Source: Candidatus Nanoarchaeia archaeon
GTDB lineage: Archaea; Nanobdellota; Nanobdellia; Pacearchaeales; GW2011-AR1
Length of the DNA stretch: 64,000 nucleotides
Reading direction: 5' to 3'
NCBI GenBank assembly: GCA_041501125.1
Contig: JBGQNO010000001.1
Location: 37,981-101,980, forward strand
The position numbers and the translations under genes were made by a program. Of this stretch, positions 56,944 through 64,000 are shown in pieces. A model generated the notes under the pieces. That model was not told the origin of the DNA. It saw only the letters and a program-made list of their open reading frames with translations, and ran no database searches. The stretch's first letter is position 1, and each line of letters opens with the position of its first letter.

Positions 56944-58305
56944 ATGAAAATCAACCTTATCGTTCTTCCATTTGAAGAAAATGTCAAGTCACCGCCGATT
57001 TGTCTCGGTTATATAGCCTCGCTTTTAAAGAAAGACAGTAATGATATCAAAATCATAGACTTAAACTTTGAAACTCAGATTTCTCAGGCAGATTTGAATA
57101 TTGTAACTACAACAACAGTCGATTACTATAACTGCCCTTTATTGAATATGGATGTTATTGACAAATGGCTCTCTGTTATTTCCAAGATAAAAACACCCCT
57201 TGCAGTCATAGGTCCGCATGTTACAACAATGCCTGAATATTTTGAAAAATATGCCCAGTATCTTGTTGTAGGCGAGCCAGAACTCACAATAAAAGAACTG
57301 GTTGTTTCATTAACAGAAGGTAAGTCACTAAAAAATATAAAAGGACTTTATTATAAGCAAGGCAGGAAATTTATCAAGAATAAGTCCCGTGAATTGCTTC
57401 AAAATCTCGATAGTTTGCCTTTTCCAGACAGAAGTTTGATTGATAATTCTCGCTATGTTAATCCAGTATGCAAAAATCATCCTTACACGATGGTCATTTC
57501 AAGTAGAGGATGTCCATACCACTGCACATACTGTTATATGGATGTCTACGGGCATTTTTGGAGAGCAAGAAGCGCTAAAAATGTAGTTCAAGAATTAATA
57601 GAAATCAGAAGAAAGTATAATATAAAAGAAATTGTCTTTCGCGATGATTTATTCTCGCTTGACAAAAAGCGCGTTATAGAAATCTGCAATGGTATTGTAA
57701 AGAATAATCTTGATTTGACATGGACCTGCCAGACCCGGGTTGATTCTGTAGACGAAGAAATAATAAGCAAGATGAAAGAAGCCGGCTGTTACTCTATATC
57801 CTTTGGCATAGAAGCCGGCTTGCAAGAGATGATGAACCGGTTGAAAAAAGGAATTAAAGTCGAGCAGGTCAAGAAAGCAATCTTTCTCTGCAAGAAATAT
57901 GATGTAAGAACAAGAGGATATTTTATAATTGGCTGTCCAGGCGAGACAAAAGAATCAATTCAGCAGACACTTGAACTTGCCAAAGAGCTTGACTTGGACT
58001 ATTTTATGCTTAGTATACTAACACCATATCCTCAGACAGAAATTTATGAAGATGCTTTTAAGAAGCGAATTATTAAAAAACGAAGTTGGGATGAAGCGCT
58101 GAGATGCGCAGGCATTATTGAAACGCCTTTTACATTCAATGAACTTGTGAAAATGAAGCGTGATTTATATTTAAGATATTATTTCAGGCCAGGATACATA
58201 CTGCCAAGATTAGCGCCTGGAAAAATAGACATGCTTTACCATGGCTTCATGCCGTTTGTCAAAAACATGATGATAAGAAAATTCAGAGGCAAAAAACTGG
58301 ATTAA
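56944..58305 (+). CDS. B12-binding (class B) radical SAM enzyme
   Basis: 453 aa. Cluster motif SSRGCPYHCTYCYM. N-terminal B12-like domain. Confidence 0.75.
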   Translation: MKINLIVLPFEENVKSPPICLGYIASLLKKDSNDIKIIDLNFETQISQADLNIVTTTTVDYYNCPLLNMDVIDKWLSVISKIKTPLAVIGPHVTTMPEYFEKYAQYLVVGEPELTIKELVVSLTEGKSLKNIKGLYYKQGRKFIKNKSRELLQNLDSLPFPDRSLIDNSRYVNPVCKNHPYTMVISSRGCPYHCTYCYMDVYGHFWRARSAKNVVQELIEIRRKYNIKEIVFRDDLFSLDKKRVIEICNGIVKNNLDLTWTCQTRVDSVDEEIISKMKEAGCYSISFGIEAGLQEMMNRLKKGIKVEQVKKAIFLCKKYDVRTRGYFIIGCPGETKESIQQTLELAKELDLDYFMLSILTPYPQTEIYEDAFKKRIIKKRSWDEALRCAGIIETPFTFNELVKMKRDLYLRYYFRPGYILPRLAPGKIDMLYHGFMPFVKNMMIRKFRGKKLD

Positions 58306-59498
58306 TTCTTGACAAGTTTTCTGTACATGCTAAAAGTTTCCTTGGCAATCTCTCTCCACGAGAATTTCTTTTCTGCTGTTTTCCTTGCAATCTTGCCAAG
58401 TAAATCTCTTTTCTTTTCATTTCCCAGAAGACTCGTAAGCTGTTTTGCCAGTTCATCAGATTTAATTGGGTTAAAATACAGAATTTCTTTATTCTTGCCG
58501 AGTTCCATGTTTGGTGCAATGTTTGATGATATTATTGCAAGCCCAGACGCCATTGCTTCAAGCAGGACAAGAGGCAACCCTTCTGCAAAACTCGGAAGAA
58601 CAAAAATATCAGCAGCCCGGTAATATTCAGGCATTTTGATATTCTCAACACTTCCAATAAATTTGACATATTGCTGAAGATTGTTTTCATTGACAAAATT
58701 CATAATCTCCTCAAAATATTTTTTATCATCAATTTGCCCGATAAAAATGAATTTTACATTCTTGTCCTTGGACAAAACTTTTGGAATAGCTTTGATTATT
58801 GCCATCTGGTTCTTGATTCTTGAAATCCTTGCAACGCACAATACTATCTTTTCATCAGTCTTGGCAAGCATTTTCCTCACACCAGACTTGCCTGGATAAA
58901 ATTTGATTAAATCAACACCATTTGAAATATGAATAACTTTTTTGGAATCAACACCTGCGCGTTTTTCTATTGATTTTTTTAAGGTTTCAGACACTGCAAC
59001 GACCTCATCAGCATTTTTGAAGCATAGTCTTTCTACTGAAGTTTTCAGCCAGAATGTCTTTGGCAGCATCTCATTGGACAAAGTCCAGAATGGTGTGTGC
59101 AAAGTATAAACAAATTTGCTTTTGTAAAATAATCTGTTCATTAACGAGAGTGCAAAGCCAGTGTACTGGTTATGGCAGTGTATTATGTCAAATTTCTCCT
59201 TACACATCAAAGGAATGAAATTAACCAGTGTCTTGATTGTGTATAACATTCTTCTTGCCACATGTCTTAATGTGCCAGGTGTTGTGTATACATCAGGCCC
59301 CCATGCTTTTGGCATGTCAATATTATGGTAGATAACCCCGGATAATTTATCTCGGTTATTATCCTTAAAATCAAGGATATGAACCTCACAAAGCTTGCTA
59401 AGTTCCTTTGACAGGTTGTATGCTACAGATTCTGTTGCTGTAGCACTCTTGGCAGAAATTGAGGACATTCCAGTCCCGACTTGCAAGACTTTCATGAC
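58302..59498 (-). CDS. Glycosyltransferase family 4 (GT-B)
   Basis: Start trimmed to MKVLQVGTGMSSIS. The track ORF extends to 59786 through low-complexity sequence. FAEGLPLVLLEAMASGLAIIS motif. Confidence 0.7.
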   Translation of the reverse strand, partial: VMKVLQVGTGMSSISAKSATATESVAYNLSKELSKLCEVHILDFKDNNRDKLSGVIYHNIDMPKAWGPDVYTTPGTLRHVARRMLYTIKTLVNFIPLMCKEKFDIIHCHNQYTGFALSLMNRLFYKSKFVYTLHTPFWTLSNEMLPKTFWLKTSVERLCFKNADEVVAVSETLKKSIEKRAGVDSKKVIHISNGVDLIKFYPGKSGVRKMLAKTDEKIVLCVARISRIKNQMAIIKAIPKVLSKDKNVKFIFIGQIDDKKYFEEIMNFVNENNLQQYVKFIGSVENIKMPEYYRAADIFVLPSFAEGLPLVLLEAMASGLAIISSNIAPNMELGKNKEILYFNPIKSDELAKQLTSLLGNEKKRDLLGKIARKTAEKKFSWREIAKETFSMYRKLVKN

Positions 59499-59547
59499 AT
59501 ACAGAAAAGAAAATAATTTATAAAGGTTGCCTGTTTGTCCGATTGCA

Positions 59548-60423
59548 ATGATAAGCGTAATCATAACATCATACAAAGAACCTGGAACCATAGGAAGAGC
59601 TATAGAATCAATTGCTGAACAGAAGCTTCTAGATACTGAAATTATAGTTGTAGCTCCAGATATGGAGACGCTGGCAGAAGCAGGCAAACTCCGGCAGAAG
59701 TATAAGAATTTGCGATTAATACAAGATGAGGGCAAAGGAAAGTCATCTGCACTCAACTTGGCAGTTTCAAAAGCAAAAGGAGACATTCTTGTGCTGACTG
59801 ATGGCGATGTTTACGTTGGCAATGACTCTATACTTCCACTTTTAACACCTTTTACTGACGGCAAGATAGGTGCTGTCTCTGGAAATCCAGTCTCATTAAA
59901 TCCCAAGGATAATAAATTTGGTTTCTGGGCGTATGTTCTGACGAAAGTAGCAGATGAAAGAAGAATTTATGCCTCTGAGCATAATCTCAGATTTTTCTGT
60001 TCAGGATATCTGTTTGCAATCAGAAAAAAACTTTTTCCAAATCTTCCAGAAGACTTGCTTTCAGAAGACGGATATATCTCGCATAAAGTCTATAAAGAAG
60101 GATTCGAAATCGCATATTCTTCAGAATCTAAGGTATTTGTGAAGTATCCTGATAACTTTGATGGTTGGATAAAGCAGAAGAAAAGAAGCGCCGGCGGTTA
60201 CAATCAGATTAAAAAAATGATAGGTGTGGAAATTCGTTCATTTAAAAAAGAATATTCGGGCGCGATTTCATTCTTCAAGTATTTTAAAGGTTTGAAAGAG
60301 CTGTTGTGGCTTTTTGAACTGTTCGCAGCCAGAGTTTATCTATGGATTATTATCTATCGGGATATAGATGTCAAAAATCAAAGCCATCATAAAATCTGGC
60401 AAAGAGTAGAAAGCACAAAATAA
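59548..60423 (+). CDS. Glycosyltransferase family 2 (GT-A)
   Basis: Start trimmed to MISVIITSYKEP. SALNLAVSKAKGDILVLTDGDV DXD region. Confidence 0.7.
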   Translation: MISVIITSYKEPGTIGRAIESIAEQKLLDTEIIVVAPDMETLAEAGKLRQKYKNLRLIQDEGKGKSSALNLAVSKAKGDILVLTDGDVYVGNDSILPLLTPFTDGKIGAVSGNPVSLNPKDNKFGFWAYVLTKVADERRIYASEHNLRFFCSGYLFAIRKKLFPNLPEDLLSEDGYISHKVYKEGFEIAYSSESKVFVKYPDNFDGWIKQKKRSAGGYNQIKKMIGVEIRSFKKEYSGAISFFKYFKGLKELLWLFELFAARVYLWIIIYRDIDVKNQSHHKIWQRVESTK

Positions 60424-60464
60424 AGTATAGAAAAATCTTTATACCTCTCGATTGTCGTTTCGGC

Positions 60465-61856
60465 ATGAAGCACCAGAAAATTTTGTCTAAAGAAAAGCTT
60501 AAGCAGATTATTCGCAAGTATAAATCTAAGGGCAAGAAAGTTGTCTGGACAAACGGATGCTTTGACCTGATACACTCAGGACACGTAAGATACCTTAACT
60601 CAGCAAAAAAACTTGGTGATATCCTGATTGTTGGTTTGAATTCTGACAAATCTGTCAGACAATTAAAAGGTCCAGACAGACCGATTCAGCCGCAGGATCA
60701 AAGAGCAGAAGTTCTTGCAGCTTTGGATTCTGTAGATTATGTTACAATATTTAATGATACTAGAGTTACTAAAATTCTCAATTATCTTAAACCAGACGTT
60801 TTTGTAAAAGGCGGCGACTATACGCTCGAGAAAATGGATCAGAATGAGAGAAAAGTATTGGAAAGCTATGGAGCAAAGATAAGATTCATCCCAGTTGAAA
60901 TAAATACATCAACATCAAAGATGCTTGACAAAATTACCAGCTCAGAAACTAAAAAAGGAGTTAAAGAATTCCTGTCCAACCTTCCTGTCAAAATGCACTA
61001 TGACTACAAGGATTACAACGAGCAAAAATACGAGACTGGTTTCTGGAACATCAACCGCTCAAAATACAAATGGTTCCAGAATTATACAAAACTAAAGATT
61101 TTCAGCAAATGGATAAAGGCTTCTAAAGGCAAGTCAGTGTTCTTGGATGCAGGCGGCGGTGTTGGAAACTGGACATTTTATTTTCTTAAAGATTTCAAGA
61201 AGTGCATAGTTCTTGATATTTCAGAAAACGCTTTAGCGCAGATTCCAGAAAAAGAAATTGTTAAGCTGCACGGCTCAATTCTCAAAATCCCCTTGCCCGA
61301 TAATTCAGTAGACTGCATACTACTTGCAGATGTCTTTGAGCATATTTTTTTGAATGACCTGCCAAAGATGCTTCAGGAACTTGCAAGAATCCTGACAAAA
61401 GATGGCAGAATCATAATTTTTACATCAGAAAATGGATATGGCATTGATTTGATTTTTGATAACTTGTTTGGACAGATGCGCGGAGGATTGACACTGGCAG
61501 ATATAGAGTGCGGGCATGTTAATCGTTTGACACTGGATGAAAAAAGAAAACTCTTCGCACAAGCAGGCTTGAAGCTGGCAGATTATTATAACTACAGTAT
61601 CTTTTTTCAGCAGCTTACTGACTTTGTTAAAGACAGTTCAGCCAAAATCATAGGCAAGCTGTTTGCAAGAAACAAGAGTGAAGAATCCGGCCAGTTTTTG
61701 AAAGACAGGTTCAAAACCCAGAAAGAGCCAAGCATTGTCACAAGAGCATTATTTTCTATTCCAACATTAATTTCATATCTGGATATTTATCTTGGAAGAT
61801 TTATCCGAGGCTCATACATTTTTTTGCTCCTCGAAAAAAGCAATAAAAAGGAATAA
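60465..61856 (+). CDS. Bifunctional protein: N-terminal RfaE-domain-II-like heptose-1-phosphate nucleotidyltransferase (cytidylyltransferase fold) fused to a C-terminal class I SAM methyltransferase
   Basis: 463 aa. N-terminus WTNGCFDLIHSGHVRYL...LNSDKSVRQLKGPDRP closely matches HldE/RfaE domain II. C-terminal half has methyltransferase motif I FLDAGGGVGNW and DVFEHI. Confidence 0.7.
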   Translation: MKHQKILSKEKLKQIIRKYKSKGKKVVWTNGCFDLIHSGHVRYLNSAKKLGDILIVGLNSDKSVRQLKGPDRPIQPQDQRAEVLAALDSVDYVTIFNDTRVTKILNYLKPDVFVKGGDYTLEKMDQNERKVLESYGAKIRFIPVEINTSTSKMLDKITSSETKKGVKEFLSNLPVKMHYDYKDYNEQKYETGFWNINRSKYKWFQNYTKLKIFSKWIKASKGKSVFLDAGGGVGNWTFYFLKDFKKCIVLDISENALAQIPEKEIVKLHGSILKIPLPDNSVDCILLADVFEHIFLNDLPKMLQELARILTKDGRIIIFTSENGYGIDLIFDNLFGQMRGGLTLADIECGHVNRLTLDEKRKLFAQAGLKLADYYNYSIFFQQLTDFVKDSSAKIIGKLFARNKSEESGQFLKDRFKTQKEPSIVTRALFSIPTLISYLDIYLGRFIRGSYIFLLLEKSNKKE

Positions 61857-61880
61857 AAACATCCATTTCTAGAAATAACC

Positions 61881-63476
61881 ATGCCAGAATCAGAGAAACT
61901 TGAAGATAAAAAGAAACAAAGATTGAAAGAATGGCTGTCTGACAGAAGCAATCTTGCACTTATTGGAATCATGATTTTTGCCTTTATAGTAAGGCTGTAT
62001 TATTATTTCTTGACAAAAAATCAGCCCATGTGGTGGGATGAATCAGGTTACATGGCAGCTGCCAAAAGTTATGCAGGCATCGGACACTACCAGCTCGAAA
62101 ACATCAGGCTTCCAGGATTTCCACTTCTAGCCTCAATATTTTTTAGGATAGGATTAACAAGCGAACCATTAATGAGGTTTGTTCTGTTGTTCATTCCATC
62201 AATAATCTTGATTTTCCTTACATACAAGATGATTAAAGAAATGTATCCTGACAAAAGAATAGCATTAATTTCAACGGCAATCATAACAGTCTTATGGGAG
62301 AATCTATTTTACAGCAACCGCTTCCAGACAGAGAATCTGGCAATTGTATTTGAATTCCTCGCAATATTTATTCTGTTCAAATCATATATTAAAAAAGAGA
62401 ATTCTTGGTTTATCTCGCCAAAATACTCTTTAGTATGGGTCACGTTACTTGCTTTTGTTTCAATACTTTTCAGGCCAGGAAACGTAATGTTCGTGCCGGC
62501 AGTCTTCCTTTTTGTAATTATACTGAATAAATCCATAATATTCAGTAAAAAAGGTTTAATTGCCTCAGCAATTTTAGTAGTTGCGGCAATCTTAGCAGTA
62601 ATTTTTATTCCTAAGATTGCCGGTGCGCTCATTAGCTATTACTACCATCCTGAAAGACCCCTGGCACTAAATGTCTTGTCAGTATTTTACGGATTTTATC
62701 AGTCATCAATATCCTGGCTTCCATCATTGTTCTTCTGGGCATTCCTTTTCGGTATATTCTTGTTAATCCTGGACTTTTCTATAAGCTTTGATAAATTCAA
62801 ACAGATTGCAGTTAATGGAGAAAATCTTGACTTTAAGTCAGATGTATTTAATATACTGCTTATTATCTCAATCCTTTTCATTTTTATATTCCTAATGAGA
62901 ACATATGACGGATTTGAGTACAGGTGGTTTTTCCCTCTTCTACCAGGCATGCTTGCATTTACAAGCAAAGGAGTTATAAGCTTCTCACAATATCTTGCCG
63001 GAGCATTTAAAAATAAGAAATTTGCAACCGCTCTGATAGTTATTATTGTTCTGCTTGGAGTTTGCACTCAACTAGTTCATGCTGATAACATCATTCGAGC
63101 AAAACTTGATTCATACTTGCAGGTTAAACAATCTGGCTTGTGGCTAAAAGAAAATTCAAATCCTAATGACATAATAGTCAGCGCATCTGTGCCGCAGCAT
63201 GCATATTATTCTGAACGGCAAATTGAAAATTTCTATGTTAACAATTCTAATGAGAATGAAACTGCATTTGACCAGAAACTTCTAGCACTTAAGCCGAAGT
63301 ATCTTGTTATCTCAGTCTTTGAGCCGGGTTTCCAGCCAGATTGGGCGCTTGCATGGCCTTCAGAACATAATCAAACAGCAACTCTGGTTCAGGCATATTA
63401 TCTGGATTCTGCAAAACAGCAGCTTGCGTTGATAATTTATGAACTGAAATATGGTCAAAACAATAGATTATTATGA
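61881..63476 (+). CDS. GT-C membrane glycosyltransferase (PMT/ArnT/GT39-like), second copy
   Basis: 531 aa, about 11 TM helices. DE motif in the first loop (PMWWDESGY). C-terminal soluble domain. Confidence 0.45.
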   Translation: MPESEKLEDKKKQRLKEWLSDRSNLALIGIMIFAFIVRLYYYFLTKNQPMWWDESGYMAAAKSYAGIGHYQLENIRLPGFPLLASIFFRIGLTSEPLMRFVLLFIPSIILIFLTYKMIKEMYPDKRIALISTAIITVLWENLFYSNRFQTENLAIVFEFLAIFILFKSYIKKENSWFISPKYSLVWVTLLAFVSILFRPGNVMFVPAVFLFVIILNKSIIFSKKGLIASAILVVAAILAVIFIPKIAGALISYYYHPERPLALNVLSVFYGFYQSSISWLPSLFFWAFLFGIFLLILDFSISFDKFKQIAVNGENLDFKSDVFNILLIISILFIFIFLMRTYDGFEYRWFFPLLPGMLAFTSKGVISFSQYLAGAFKNKKFATALIVIIVLLGVCTQLVHADNIIRAKLDSYLQVKQSGLWLKENSNPNDIIVSASVPQHAYYSERQIENFYVNNSNENETAFDQKLLALKPKYLVISVFEPGFQPDWALAWPSEHNQTATLVQAYYLDSAKQQLALIIYELKYGQNNRLL

Positions 63477-64000
63477 ACATTGGAACAAAGTTAGACAGAA
63501 AAGAAATTTTCTTCTAGACAGAGAAAAAGTTGCTTTGAAATTTATTTCTTCTATTTTAAAGCATGACAGTGTTTTATTGGATGCTGGTTGCGGCAGCGGC
63601 ATATTCATGGAGTTTCTCTCTAAAAAATTTCAAGATTTAAAACTTCAGGGTATTGACTTCTCAAAAACCGAAGTAAATGAAGCAAAACAAAAAGGATTTG
63701 ATGTAAAACAAGGAGACTTTGAAAAAGGCATTGCATTTAAGGACAAAGTTTTTGATATTGTGTATGCAGGCGAAATTATTGAGCATCTTTATAATCCGGA
63801 TTGTTTCCTTGCTGAACTAAACAGGATTTTGAAAAATCAAGGCTATCTTGTTCTCTCAACACCAAATTTATGTGTTTGGTATAACCGGATTTTAATGCTT
63901 CTAGGCATACAGCCGCTTTTCTTGGAGCCTTCAACAAAGTCAAAGTTAGTCGGCGCCGGGTTCTTGAAAAGATTCAAGAAAGAAAGCCAGCCTGTAGGAC
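63476..64000 (+). CDS. Class I SAM-dependent methyltransferase (5' part; continues past the window end)
   Basis: Motif I LLDAGCGSGIF. IEHLYNP post-II region. Reading frame is open to the window edge. Confidence 0.65.

Overview
AT-rich archaeal chromosomal segment, probably from a low-GC, small-genome (DPANN-like) archaeon. The evidence is a DNA polymerase D DP1/DP2 pair, Orc1/Cdc6, archaeal ribosomal proteins (L18e, L21e), RNA polymerase subunits Rpo3/Rpo4/Rpo10, intron-containing tRNAs and a diphthamide-pathway gene. Layout, 5' to 3': (i) housekeeping genes and a very large, sequon-rich surface glycoprotein (0.3-6.4 kb). (ii) A compact orc1/cdc6-DP1-DP2 replication operon on the minus strand, with an AT-rich origin-like intergenic region carrying ORB-like elements directly upstream of orc1 (6.4-13.2 kb). 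(iii) tRNA-Ser, an aminopeptidase, PRPP synthetase, Lhr helicase and a NUDIX hydrolase (13.9-21.1 kb). (iv) An ~8 kb accessory island with two paralogous XerA-like tyrosine recombinases, two paralogous coiled-coil/HTH regulators with operator-like repeats, small membrane proteins and many hypotheticals (21.2-29.2 kb), likely an integrated element. (v) A conserved ribosomal protein / RNA polymerase cluster interrupted by a MazG-like gene, with four tRNAs (29.2-36.7 kb). (vi) SecF/SecD (36.7-39.2 kb). (vii) A ~24 kb surface-glycan biosynthesis and modification island (40.0-64.0 kb). It encodes two GT-C (PMT/ArnT-like) membrane glycosyltransferases, a GtrA protein, an epimerase, an FAD oxidoreductase, a Wzx-like flippase, three GT4 enzymes, two GT9 (heptosyltransferase-family) enzymes, one GT2, an RfaE-II-like nucleotidyltransferase fused to a methyltransferase, five further SAM methyltransferases, three B12-binding (class B) radical SAM enzymes and a radical SAM/SPASM enzyme. 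The last of these is interrupted by a frameshift inside an 11-nt homopolymeric G/C tract, a candidate phase-variation switch. This island is the best candidate for an undescribed system: a heavily methylated, possibly C-methylated, heptose-type surface glycan pathway that probably decorates the sequon-rich surface protein. No CRISPR array and no rRNA genes were seen.
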